From assembly GCA_964566075.1 (NCBI GenBank), contig CAZMHJ010000001.1:9890-72796 (forward strand): a stretch of 62,907 nt of DNA, given 5' to 3'. Shown here piece after piece: positions 6,900-15,639 of the stretch. Every line of letters starts with the position of its first letter. Positions within the stretch are counted from its first letter, which is position 1. Both the position numbers and the translations under genes were made by a program. Source of the DNA: an uncultured Candidatus Saccharibacteria bacterium (GTDB lineage: Bacteria > Patescibacteriota > Saccharimonadia > Saccharimonadales > CAIOMD01). The notes under the pieces were generated by a model that saw only the letters and a program-made list of their open reading frames with translations, did not search any database and was not told where the DNA came from.

Positions 6900-8180
6900 C
6901 TATTTTGCGTAGCCAACAAGCTTCGCAATGGTCTTTTCGGTCAAGAGGCGTGATGCAATATCACGACGTGCTTCTGGTTTCTCGAGTTCGGCCTGCATTT
7001 GCGGGTCGGTGTATTGGCCCTTCATAATTTGCATGCGAATTTCGAGTTCTTCTGGGGTAACCGTTAGTTTTTCAGCCTCGGCAATTTCGCTGAGTACCAA
7101 GCCAGCCTTAAGACGTTCTTCGGCTGCTGGTTTAAGCTCTTTTTCGGTATATTCTTCTTCGCTTAAGCCACTATTTTTAAGGTATTCTTGAAATGTTTCA
7201 CCACGATACGATAGATTTTGCTTAAATTCACGGTCGACAATCTCTACTTGTTCTGCAAGTAAAGCTTCGGGGAGTTTAACCTTAGTCTTACCAATAAGTT
7301 CTTTAATAATAAGGTTTTCGAACTCTTGCTGAGCCTGACGCTCACGCTCAACACCTAGTTGCTTTTCAATATCAGCTTTCAGTTCGTCAACCGTCTTGAA
7401 TGGACCAACTTTAGCCGCAAACGCATCATTTAGTTCATCAAGCTTGGTTTCTTCGATTTTATTAACGGTTACCGTGAATGTTACTTTTTTACCCTGTAGG
7501 GCTTTTACACCGTAGTCTTTAGGAAACGGAATCGTAAACTCTTTGGTATCACCTTTCTTAAGGCCAATCACGTTGTCTTCAAACCCTGGGATAAAGGTAT
7601 TGCTACCAAGTGCTAATGGATAATCTTTACCGTCGGCATTGGCGATTGGCTCACCATTGGCATCTTTACCGGCAAAATCAATAAAGGCACGATCACCACT
7701 TTTGGCCGCTCGTTCTACTTCGGTATAGTCAGCGGCTTGGCTTTGCAGGCGACCAAGAACTTCTTTAACATCGCTGGCGCTTACTTTAGCTACAGGTTTT
7801 TTAACCGTAATTTTTTTATAGTCAGGCAGTGTAATCTTAGCGATTACTTCTACCTCAGCCGTAAATTCTAGCTCGGTAAATGGTACAAATTTTGTAAGCT
7901 CTACTTTGGGCTGTGAAACAACACGTAGTTGTTTTTCAGCAACAGCGTCGCCGTAATAATGATTAATTGCTTCGTCGAGCACCTCGGCCTGGAGTGTGTT
8001 CGGGTCGAGTTGCTTTTCTACGATTTCAAGCGGCACTTTGCCCTTGCGAAAACCAGGCACACTCACGCGTGGTGCGAGTTTTTCGACAACATGGTGCTTC
8101 ATGCTTGCTAAATCAGCTGCATTTGCAGAAATGGTTAGTTTAGTGACATTGTCTGAGATTGATTTAAGAGTTACTTGCAT
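6900..8180 (-). CDS. tig: Trigger factor (ribosome-associated PPIase chaperone)
   Basis: N-terminal GFRKGKVP signature, a central FKBP-like segment (FIPGFEDNVIGLKKGD), 426 aa. Confidence 0.92.
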   Translation of the reverse strand: MQVTLKSISDNVTKLTISANAADLASMKHHVVEKLAPRVSVPGFRKGKVPLEIVEKQLDPNTLQAEVLDEAINHYYGDAVAEKQLRVVSQPKVELTKFVPFTELEFTAEVEVIAKITLPDYKKITVKKPVAKVSASDVKEVLGRLQSQAADYTEVERAAKSGDRAFIDFAGKDANGEPIANADGKDYPLALGSNTFIPGFEDNVIGLKKGDTKEFTIPFPKDYGVKALQGKKVTFTVTVNKIEETKLDELNDAFAAKVGPFKTVDELKADIEKQLGVERERQAQQEFENLIIKELIGKTKVKLPEALLAEQVEIVDREFKQNLSYRGETFQEYLKNSGLSEEEYTEKELKPAAEERLKAGLVLSEIAEAEKLTVTPEELEIRMQIMKGQYTDPQMQAELEKPEARRDIASRLLTEKTIAKLVGYAK

Positions 8181-8226
8181 ACAAGAGGTAATTTTAACAT
8201 AATTTGGATTTTTTGCACAGTCAGGT

Positions 8227-8598
8227 TTAAGCGAATCTAGTTGTAACCTCTAGGCTGAGTCGTGTAACTGCTCCCTCTAGCGCGGCGCATAGCGCTCTAG
8301 CAGTTGAAGGCGATGTAAGCCCTCTGGCGCGATTCATGGTTACCGAATCATCACCTGCTAAAAACAGGTAACCGTTTCGTTGTAACCAAATCAGTGCACT
8401 GGCTAAATCTTCTTCTGAGGCAAACGGATAACGACCCGAATGCTCAGGGCCAAAGAGCATGTAATGATGCACGAGCGTTTCTAAGCTAATGACATCACCG
8501 TCTTTATCGGTACTTTGTTCTAAGCCGGTACTTAATAAAAAATGTACAACATCTGCTCGGGGCTTACGTGCTCCGAGCATCACTGCAGTCATATTCAT
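8227..8598 (-). CDS. Hypothetical protein, 123 aa
   Basis: Track ORF, 2 nt downstream of 8601..8807. No recognised motif. Confidence 0.5.
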   Translation of the reverse strand: MNMTAVMLGARKPRADVVHFLLSTGLEQSTDKDGDVISLETLVHHYMLFGPEHSGRYPFASEEDLASALIWLQRNGYLFLAGDDSVTMNRARGLTSPSTARALCAALEGAVTRLSLEVTTRFA

Positions 8599-8600
8599 AC

Positions 8601-8807
8601 CTACACACTTTCGGTGGTCGCAATAAATGCGAGCGGAGCTTTATCGATAAAAATTTGTGATTGTTGTGTAGTTGCCGGGAAAGTAAGTGCCTCATCAATA
8701 TGGTAATGACGGCGGCGTAACACTTCGGCACGCCTATGAAACTGTCCCTTTACTTGGTAGATGTTGTTTGTACGCTTGTTGGTTTTTGTAGATATATGAT
8801 TAGTCAT
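8601..8807 (-). CDS. Hypothetical small basic protein, 68 aa
   Basis: Track ORF preceded by GAGGAGGAGA. Forms a tight two-gene unit with 8227..8598. Confidence 0.45.
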   Translation of the reverse strand: MTNHISTKTNKRTNNIYQVKGQFHRRAEVLRRRHYHIDEALTFPATTQQSQIFIDKAPLAFIATTESV

Positions 8808-8850
8808 ATCTCCTCCTCAACGTTTCCGTACTATCACTTGTTTTTTACAT

Positions 8851-8881
8851 AAAAAGCCCAAAATAAACTTTTGGGCTTTTT
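8851..8881. terminator. Symmetric A/T-flanked intrinsic terminator
   Basis: AAAAAGCCCAAAA-taaac-TTTTGGGCTTTTT. On the minus strand it ends the hisS transcript or 3' region. Confidence 0.65.
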
Positions 8882-9036
8882 GTTTCTGCACTAACATACA
8901 AATTTAGAGTGGGTTCGCTACTAGCTCGACAATGTACAAGCGACCAACGTACGTACACTGCTTCGTTGCTTCTAAATTGTTAAAGTGCTCACACTTCTAC
9001 CTTCATTATACTCCGTGTCGTCAAGAAAGAAAGACA

Positions 9037-10311
9037 CTAGCGTAATTGGGCGATAATTTCATCCATCGAAAGGTGTTTTTCTTCACCACTTGCTAAATCT
9101 TTGAGTGCGTATTGATTATTCGCAAGTTCTTGATCACCAACAAATAAGACACGGCTATAGCCAGCTTTATCAGCACTTTTAATCTTCTTATCCATCTTGC
9201 GGTCAGTTGCATCAACGGCCACATGTATATCTGCAGCCCGCAGCTGGCCTAATAGGTCTTGCGCACCTGCATATACATCACCAATAAGTAATACAGCAAT
9301 ATCTACAGGAGAGACGAACTTAGGTATTAAATCATGTAACACTAAAAATTCGTGAATGGTCACATCACCCATACCAAATCCAACAGTTGGCACCGGTTCG
9401 ACACCAAATAAGCCTACTAAACCGTCGTAACGACCGCCACCAAACATGGATCGGTTATTATCCGGGTGGACATCCTTCATTTCAAATACGATGTCAGTAT
9501 AGTAATCAAAACCGCGCATTAAACTGATATCAAATGTTACATTTGTTACACCTGACCGCGCTAAAAGCATCTGGAGTTCGTGGACATGCTTGGCACTATC
9601 GTGAGCTTGTATATCTTGCGGTAATGCCTCAAAAGAAGTTACACGGAACACGTCATTAATTGCCTGCGCTTTATCACCAACAATTTCACCAAGAGCAGTA
9701 ATAAAATCAGGTTCTGACATTTTTTGGATGCGATCGACCAAGCGAATTACTTTTATACTGGTATCGTTATCAAGTGAAAACAGTTCGTTTAAAACAAAAT
9801 TTACCAGCTTACGGCTGTTAAGCAGGATTGTGTACATATCGCGCGTAGCACCAAACTGCTGCATCACACTATCTGCTACCATCACCAGCTCGTGATCGCC
9901 AGGCAAACCCGGTTCGCCAAATAGATCAACATTTAGTTGCCAGTGTTCACGTAAGCGACCACGTTGCGGACGCTCATATCGCCATAAATTAGGGATACTA
10001 AACCATCTTAGTGGGTATGCAAGTTCTTGACGCTTTGCAGCAACCATTCGGCTAACTGTGGGTGTCATTTCGGGGCGCAGTGTTACTTTACGACCACCCC
10101 TGTCTTCAAATACATAGGTCTGTTCATTTACAATCTCTTCACTTGTTTTAGCTAAGTAAAGTTCAAGCGGCTCAATAATTGAAGCGTCGTATTCTTCGTA
10201 ACCATACCGCTCAGCGACTGTACGCCAAGTATTAAAAATATAATCCTGTATACGCTTATCAGCAGGATAAAAGTCACGCGCTCCTTTATAGTTTTGTGTC
10301 GACAGTGCCAT
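9037..10311 (-). CDS. hisS: Histidine--tRNA ligase
   Basis: KGARDFYP, LRPEMTPTVSR, RYERPQRGRLREHWQ and GGGRYDGLVG are class II HisRS motifs. Confidence 0.93.
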   Translation of the reverse strand: MALSTQNYKGARDFYPADKRIQDYIFNTWRTVAERYGYEEYDASIIEPLELYLAKTSEEIVNEQTYVFEDRGGRKVTLRPEMTPTVSRMVAAKRQELAYPLRWFSIPNLWRYERPQRGRLREHWQLNVDLFGEPGLPGDHELVMVADSVMQQFGATRDMYTILLNSRKLVNFVLNELFSLDNDTSIKVIRLVDRIQKMSEPDFITALGEIVGDKAQAINDVFRVTSFEALPQDIQAHDSAKHVHELQMLLARSGVTNVTFDISLMRGFDYYTDIVFEMKDVHPDNNRSMFGGGRYDGLVGLFGVEPVPTVGFGMGDVTIHEFLVLHDLIPKFVSPVDIAVLLIGDVYAGAQDLLGQLRAADIHVAVDATDRKMDKKIKSADKAGYSRVLFVGDQELANNQYALKDLASGEEKHLSMDEIIAQLR

Positions 10312-10320
10312 AGTTGTCGT

Positions 10321-10623
10321 TTATTGTACCTGTTGTTCTAATTTGCCATGTACTAAAACATGCCAAACTGTTTTTGCTAATTGTTTACGCGGAACCTTTT
10401 TCATAAGAGCGAGTACTTGCTTACCTGCAATTAAAATACCAAGCAACCCAATTACTGTTTGGATAGCCATTATACAAAAGGTAACTTGACCTGTATCACT
10501 ATTACCTAGCCATTTTGCAATTGCTGGTGCCGCAGCCCAAATCGGTGCCCACCAAAAAACGATACACACTACCCCTATACGAAGCCTAAGGGGTGAAACT
10601 GATATATTTTCTTCTTTATCCAT
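10321..10623 (-). CDS. Hypothetical membrane protein, 100 aa
   Basis: Track ORF with two or three hydrophobic helices. Confidence 0.55.
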   Translation of the reverse strand: MDKEENISVSPLRLRIGVVCIVFWWAPIWAAAPAIAKWLGNSDTGQVTFCIMAIQTVIGLLGILIAGKQVLALMKKVPRKQLAKTVWHVLVHGKLEQQVQ

Positions 10624-10709
10624 TGATATGTAGTATACCGCGCCATATTACTATTGACCAACATCTCATAAGCGTGTTGAATTAAGATATCAGAAATAAG
10701 GAGGAACTA

Positions 10710-11435
10710 ATGGCAACATCTAATGATGCGCCGAGCAAGGATAGTGATTTTTTCACCCTTGTTGGTGAGGCATTTAAAATGTATAAGGAAAGCTGGGAAG
10801 CACTAAAGCTAAACCTGGCAACATTTATCCTAGCGGTTATTGTACCGGCTGGAATAATCATGCTCGGAGTATTTATCTCAGTCGTTTTAGGTTTGTTTAG
10901 TACTAATACTAGTGATAGTGGCTCTAGTCTAGGACTTATATTGGGCTTGTTGGTTGTTTTGGCCAGCGTAGTATTAGCGCTAGTTTTTGCACCAGCAATT
11001 ACCATTACCCAACTCGAGAGCGTAAAGGGCAAAAAAGTTCAGTTTAGCGAAGTGTTCGAACAAAGTAAAAAATATGTACTTCGATTTATTGGCCTAGGTA
11101 TTTTGGCAATACTGCTTATTGAAATACCAGCTCTTTTACTTTTCTTTACGATTTTCTTGTTCCCACTTGGTATCGCATGGATAGTAGTATCAGCATTCTT
11201 TTTAGTACTTGCACCATATATTCTCATTAATAAAGATCTTGGTGTTATTGACACGCTTAAGGCAAGCTTTGAAGTCACTAAAAAGAATTGGCAATGGGTA
11301 CTTGCTGCATATGTTGTGCTTGTTGCTGTTAACATAATCAGTGTCGTACCGTTTATTGGTTGGATTATTTCTTTAGTACTGTCCTTTATGTACTTCTGTC
11401 TTATTCCTCTTATTTACGTCAAAAAAATCAACTAG
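10710..11435 (+). CDS. Hypothetical polytopic membrane protein, 241 aa
   Basis: Track ORF with AAGGAGG 7 nt upstream and multiple hydrophobic helices. Confidence 0.7.
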   Translation: MATSNDAPSKDSDFFTLVGEAFKMYKESWEALKLNLATFILAVIVPAGIIMLGVFISVVLGLFSTNTSDSGSSLGLILGLLVVLASVVLALVFAPAITITQLESVKGKKVQFSEVFEQSKKYVLRFIGLGILAILLIEIPALLLFFTIFLFPLGIAWIVVSAFFLVLAPYILINKDLGVIDTLKASFEVTKKNWQWVLAAYVVLVAVNIISVVPFIGWIISLVLSFMYFCLIPLIYVKKIN

Positions 11436-11451
11436 TACAATCTGAACTGTT

Positions 11452-11485
11452 AAAAATACCGCCTCAGAATTGAGGCGGTATTTTA
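11452..11485. terminator. Bidirectional intrinsic terminator between convergent genes
   Basis: AAAAATACCGCCTCA-gaat-TGAGGCGGTATTTT. Confidence 0.7.
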
Positions 11486-11983
11486 TTTTGCTTGACGTAA
11501 TTGCATAATTTGGCGCAAAAGATCAGCTCTCTGTTCAACAGCAATAAAACGTTCTCTTCGTAGTGGGACTAATTGTACATTTTCTATTTGTTCTTTTTCT
11601 CGTCTGTAGCGTGATACCTCCATCGCCATCTTTGTAGTAAGTTTAGCTATATGCTCTTTGTCACTCCCCGTAAGTTTATAGGGGCTGTGATACTTTGCAT
11701 TTGTTTTAATGTCTTCTATTTGAAAGTGAAAACCTCTAACCTTATCCGCAATTGGTGAAAGAGTATTAAGGTGCTCATCAATAGTTTCATCGATACGTGC
11801 CATCTTTTGCTCCAATGCTTCTACCTCTGCTTGAAGCTCTTGAATTTTGGCCAGTGCTTCTGGGCTTACATCAGACTCATCAACAAAATCCGTCTTTTCT
11901 TGTTCATCTGGAATGAATTCTAAATCTTGTACCGGGTCTTCTGGCTCAGATGTATACGCATAATCTGATTCATGTGATGTCAT
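11483..11983 (-). CDS. Hypothetical protein, 166 aa, with acidic N-terminus and coiled-coil-like region
   Basis: Track ORF with no recognised catalytic motif. Confidence 0.55.
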   Translation of the reverse strand: MTSHESDYAYTSEPEDPVQDLEFIPDEQEKTDFVDESDVSPEALAKIQELQAEVEALEQKMARIDETIDEHLNTLSPIADKVRGFHFQIEDIKTNAKYHSPYKLTGSDKEHIAKLTTKMAMEVSRYRREKEQIENVQLVPLRRERFIAVEQRADLLRQIMQLRQAK

Positions 11984-12018
11984 AGATAAGTAATTTTACA
12001 ACTTTTTTGTTGTAAAGT

Positions 12019-13272
12019 CTATTTTATTGCAATTATAACTTGAGCGTTTTTGCCCCTGCGCAGCACAGCATAGCCGTTAATTGCGTCATCAGTGTCAAGC
12101 GTTGTTTTACTAAGTGGTATTTGCGATCCATTAACGTAAATTGCATTGCTGTCTAAAAATCGTCGAGCTTCACCCTTGCTACTTGCCAACCCAGCATCAA
12201 CTAGTGCGCCAGCCAGATCTACACCAGCAAATGCTTCAAACACACCCAGTTCATTTCCAAGCGCTTCGAAATCTTCAACAGTTAGCTCAGTGTACGCACG
12301 GGCACCAAACAGTACTTCGCTAATACGCTTAACACTCTCTGCGCGAGCTTCGCCATGGACAATCTTAGTAACTTCGTACGCAAGTGTTTTTTGCGCTAAG
12401 CGGCCGGCCTTGTCTTGTTCAAACTCAGTTATTAACGATTCTATTTCTTCTTTTGAAAGGAGTGTGTAAACCTTAAGGTAATCTGCAACACCTTCATCAT
12501 CAACATTAAGCCAAAATTGGTAGAACTGATATGGAGTTGTAAGCTCAGGGTCAAGCCATACTGCGCCTGCCTCACTTTTACCAAACTTTTTACCTGTTGC
12601 CTTGTTAATTATGAGCGGGGCACTCCAAATGTGAGCTTCTCCCCCCGCAATACGGCGAATAAGTTCAACACCCGCGATGCTATTCCCCCATTGGTCAGCA
12701 CCACAAACTTGCAGCGTTACTCCATGCTCACGATATAAATGCAAAAAATCATAACCTTGAATGAGCGAATAGCTAAATTCGGCATAGCTAATACCAGCGC
12801 CATCTTCACTTAATCTGCTTTGTACAAATTCGCGGCCAAGCATTTGCCGCATAGGTACGTGTTTACCAACATCACGCAAGAACTCAAGGTAATTAAGCCC
12901 CTTAAACCAGTCGTAGTTGTCAACCATCTCAACACTATAGCCAGCAAAAAGTTGTTGATATTGTGCTGCAATACCTGCTTTGTTGGCATCAACTTCTTCT
13001 ACGGTTTTTAAATCACGCTCTTCTGATTTACCATCTGGGTCACCAATTAAGCCGGTCGCGCCCCCAACTAATAAGATTGGTTTGTGACCAGCCATAATAA
13101 AATGACGAATCATCATACTCATCGCTAATTGGCCAATGTGCATCGATTTTGCACTTGGGTCTACACCCCAATAAAACGTTATCGGCTCGCCATCGAGTAT
13201 TGTTATGTCTTGAAACGTAGTTTGGTTTACAAAGCCACGCCACTGCAGTTCTTCTGAAAGTTTTGTATCCAT
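12019..13272 (-). CDS. tyrS: Tyrosine--tRNA ligase
   Basis: HIGH-like SMHIGQ, KMSKS-like KFGKSE and a C-terminal S4-like domain. The start is set to ATG 13270-13272 (MDTKLSEELQWRGF...). The track's N-terminal extension reads through a tRNA gene. Confidence 0.92.
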   Translation of the reverse strand: MDTKLSEELQWRGFVNQTTFQDITILDGEPITFYWGVDPSAKSMHIGQLAMSMMIRHFIMAGHKPILLVGGATGLIGDPDGKSEERDLKTVEEVDANKAGIAAQYQQLFAGYSVEMVDNYDWFKGLNYLEFLRDVGKHVPMRQMLGREFVQSRLSEDGAGISYAEFSYSLIQGYDFLHLYREHGVTLQVCGADQWGNSIAGVELIRRIAGGEAHIWSAPLIINKATGKKFGKSEAGAVWLDPELTTPYQFYQFWLNVDDEGVADYLKVYTLLSKEEIESLITEFEQDKAGRLAQKTLAYEVTKIVHGEARAESVKRISEVLFGARAYTELTVEDFEALGNELGVFEAFAGVDLAGALVDAGLASSKGEARRFLDSNAIYVNGSQIPLSKTTLDTDDAINGYAVLRRGKNAQVIIAIK

Positions 13273-13290
13273 ATCTGTTGTATATGGTAA

Positions 13291-13321
13291 CAAAACAAAA
13301 CAAAAACCCCAAAAAGGGGTT
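13291..13321 (-). terminator. Intrinsic terminator between tRNA-Leu and tyrS
   Basis: Minus strand reads AACCCC-UUUUU-GGGGUU followed by UUUGUUUUGUUUUGUU, ending about 20 nt before the tyrS ATG. Confidence 0.65.
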
Positions 13322-13328
13322 CTTGTTT

Positions 13329-13413
13329 TGGTACCGCGGAGAGGACTTGAACCTCCACGTCTTGCGACACTAGCTCCTAAGGCTAGCGTGTCTACCAATT
13401 CCACCACCGCGGC
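13329..13413 (-). tRNA. tRNA-Leu (anticodon UAG), class II with long variable arm, CCA encoded
   Basis: GCCGCGG-UG-GUGGAAUUGGUAGACAC-G-CUAGC-CUUAGGA-GCUAG-UGUCGCAAGACGU-GGAGG-UUCAAGU-CCUCU-CCGCGGU-ACCA. The cloverleaf was folded by hand. Discriminator is A73. Confidence 0.9.
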
Positions 13414-13435
13414 AAATTAGTACCGATACAATTTA

Positions 13436-13966
13436 TCAGATTTTTCGGTAAAAAACCAGCGTACCATCGCCGTAGTTTTTTTTGCTGATTAATTCTAGCC
13501 CTTCAAAATCGAAATCTGCGGAACCGGTTGGTTTTGATATAACCAATAGACCGTCTTTCGCCACGTTTGTTGCTACCTGTACGAGTTGTGTTGGGTGGAT
13601 ATCATCGTATGGCGGGTCGCAAATCACTATATCGTACAGTTTGTAGGGGTGATTTTTGCTGTAGCTAGCCGCATTCACACGCACTAACCTAACTTGTTCA
13701 TCGATGTTAAGTTTATGAATATTATTAGCGATAACTTTAGCAACGGTCACGTCAACTTCCGTAATGAGTGCTTTTTTGGCGCCTCTACTTATCGCTTCAA
13801 ACGCGATCGCTCCACTACCACCATACGCATCAAACACTGTTAAATCCGTAATATCGCCGAGCACATTAAACAAAGCTCCTCGCATTTTTTCGCTCATAGG
13901 GTGGGTTTTGTGGCTATGGGGGCTATCGAAGTTACGACCCCGTAGTGTACCGGCAATAATTCTCAT
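13436..13966 (-). CDS. rsmD: 16S rRNA (guanine966-N2)-methyltransferase
   Basis: MRIIAG...RG, DAYGGSGA (SAM motif I) and DPPY. Confidence 0.85.
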   Translation of the reverse strand: MRIIAGTLRGRNFDSPHSHKTHPMSEKMRGALFNVLGDITDLTVFDAYGGSGAIAFEAISRGAKKALITEVDVTVAKVIANNIHKLNIDEQVRLVRVNAASYSKNHPYKLYDIVICDPPYDDIHPTQLVQVATNVAKDGLLVISKPTGSADFDFEGLELISKKNYGDGTLVFYRKI

Positions 13967-14101
13967 ACCGTTTACAGATTACTGCTTTTCATATCAAGTT
14001 ACTAGTGACTTGTTGTTTTTATTCTTACGTGTTGTAATACTGCCAATGGTTTGTGGCAGATACGCCCTTTCCAACGCACATCGACAGAGAGGAACTGAGC
14101 C

Positions 14102-14713
14102 ATGAGGTACAAGTTCGACTCGGCCAACGCTCTGTCAGATGAGCAAAGGCGAGCCCTACATATCGAATCAAGACACGAATCTGCACTTGACATGGCGCTA
14201 CTCGGCATCGCGATTTACATCATCGCGAGCGTCGGGATCGTGTTGTGGGGGTCAAAGCTTGTTGCAATAGCAATCCTTCCCGTTCTAACTCTAGCGTGTG
14301 GAATGTGGACCCTTCTTGTCTGGAATAAGAAGCGCTGGTCAGAACATATCTACCAGCTGCTTGGTACCAAGCAAGAAACGGTGGATTCACTCGCTCAGCA
14401 GCACGAAAGCAATTACGAGCAGTGGATTAAGAACTCGTACTCACAGAACAGCCTCTACGCGGCGTCGGTCATGCTGGGATGTATGATCATCATTGTCAGC
14501 ATAGAAGCAATCGCAATACTGCTTGTACTTTTGGCTTACCTGCTTAATCTAGCTGCCAATTACGCCGACTATACCAGTGTCATATTGCTGTTTGTTGGTT
14601 TTGTAGGATTCGTGTATGGATGCTACTATGCTTTCCAATACTTGATGCACGCTTCTAAAGAAACCGTCAAGACAGTATCAGACTGGGTACGTCACCAGCC
14701 CTTCCACGCTTAG
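14102..14713 (+). CDS. Hypothetical polytopic membrane protein, 203 aa
   Basis: Track ORF with GAGAGGAA upstream and four or more hydrophobic helices. It is the only plus-strand gene in a minus-strand block. Confidence 0.65.
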   Translation: MRYKFDSANALSDEQRRALHIESRHESALDMALLGIAIYIIASVGIVLWGSKLVAIAILPVLTLACGMWTLLVWNKKRWSEHIYQLLGTKQETVDSLAQQHESNYEQWIKNSYSQNSLYAASVMLGCMIIIVSIEAIAILLVLLAYLLNLAANYADYTSVILLFVGFVGFVYGCYYAFQYLMHASKETVKTVSDWVRHQPFHA

Positions 14714-14720
14714 GTATTGT

Positions 14721-14748
14721 GGCGGGGGAGCTTACAAGCTCCCCCGCC
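14721..14748 (+). other. 12-bp GC-rich stem-loop after CDS 14102..14713
   Basis: GGCGGGGGAGCT-taca-AGCTCCCCCGCC. No U-tract follows. Confidence 0.6.
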
Positions 14749-14762
14749 CAACCTCTCTGTCA

Positions 14763-14800
14763 TTAACCACAAACTACAAAGCATTGCAGTTTGTGGTTAA
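14763..14800. other. 13-bp perfect inverted repeat
   Basis: TTAACCACAAACT-12 nt-AGTTTGTGGTTAA, located just after the stop of the minus-strand CDS 14804..15625. Confidence 0.6.
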
Positions 14801-14803
14801 TCT

Positions 14804-15625
14804 CTATATTTCGGCGCTCGCAATACCGGCGTCTTTTGCGGCCAAATACCAGGCTACTGTCACTGTTTTTGCCATTCGAGGCGCGAGTTCTTTGCGCACT
14901 TGTTGTGCCAGCTGTGGCGTCCAGCCACGTTTGTAGAACTGCTCATACATATCAAGCAGCGCAACTTCACGGGCAACACGTTTAAAATATTCGCTTAGGC
15001 CGATTTGTTCGGCTTTTTTTAGATCATATCGAGTTGGGGCAGCAATCAACCGAGTCATTGGTGCCATTACCATGGCTGCGCCCCATTCAAATAACGCGTG
15101 AGTCGTAAACAACCCCTTAGCGCCCCACATTTCCCAGTTCTTTTTAAATAATTCTCGTTTTGTGTCGGCTGGTATCACTACCTTTTTCATCACCGTTGTG
15201 CGGGTTTCTTTACCTTCACCACGCAAGCGTTTTAATTCTGCCTCAAACGGGTAATGGTGTGCCGGAGTAAGGCCATCAACAAGCGCATGCGCAAGCCAGC
15301 TGGCTTCAAAGGCAGCTCGCTCTACGTTTTTTTCTACCAAATTTGCCACTAGTTTTTCATAGTGAGCATCCATCTGTTCTAGCAACAAGCCATCATCGGG
15401 GTCAAATGGGTCGTAAAAGTGCCACGGTGCGTGCTCGCCATCTAATTTTGCCTTTGCACTATCAGGGCCATTTTTACCTTCAAAATGGAGAAGTAGGCGT
15501 TTTGACGGAAAATGTTTATCAGACGTAAGCAGCTCTTTTAACGCACCACGAGCAGCACGGTCGACCTTTTGATGGGCGCCTAAAACATTACCTGAAATAT
15601 TAGTTAGTGTAGAACCAGAATACAT
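14804..15625 (-). CDS. Hypothetical protein, 273 aa (His/Asp-rich helices; possibly a zinc phospholipase C-like fold, unverified)
   Basis: Track ORF. WLAHALVDGLTPAHH is the only suggestive motif. Confidence 0.55.
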   Translation of the reverse strand: MYSGSTLTNISGNVLGAHQKVDRAARGALKELLTSDKHFPSKRLLLHFEGKNGPDSAKAKLDGEHAPWHFYDPFDPDDGLLLEQMDAHYEKLVANLVEKNVERAAFEASWLAHALVDGLTPAHHYPFEAELKRLRGEGKETRTTVMKKVVIPADTKRELFKKNWEMWGAKGLFTTHALFEWGAAMVMAPMTRLIAAPTRYDLKKAEQIGLSEYFKRVAREVALLDMYEQFYKRGWTPQLAQQVRKELAPRMAKTVTVAWYLAAKDAGIASAEI

Positions 15626-15639
15626 GTGTGTTTGGCTGA

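Noticed and set aside
8883-9036. SRP (4.5S) RNA candidate, based on the rod-like fold and a GAAGCA...GAAGCAG stretch.
   Set aside because: There is no GNRA-capped domain IV motif (GGAA...AGCAGC) in the correct arrangement.
13273-13328. T-box leader upstream of tyrS, and likewise upstream of hisS.
   Set aside because: The interval is about 56 nt, far shorter than a T-box. I see no specifier loop or T-box sequence.
12019-13407. The track ORF gives TyrRS a 45-aa N-terminal extension (MVELVDTLALGASVARRGGSSPLRGT...).
   Set aside because: The extension is a read-through translation of the tRNA-Leu gene and its terminator. The conserved TyrRS sequence begins at the ATG at 13272.
14721-14800. Possible third hammerhead-like unit (GC clamp, then CUCUCUGUC, then a hairpin).
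   Set aside because: The catalytic core (CUGAUGA ... GAAA) is absent on both strands. I kept it only as a low-interest similarity.
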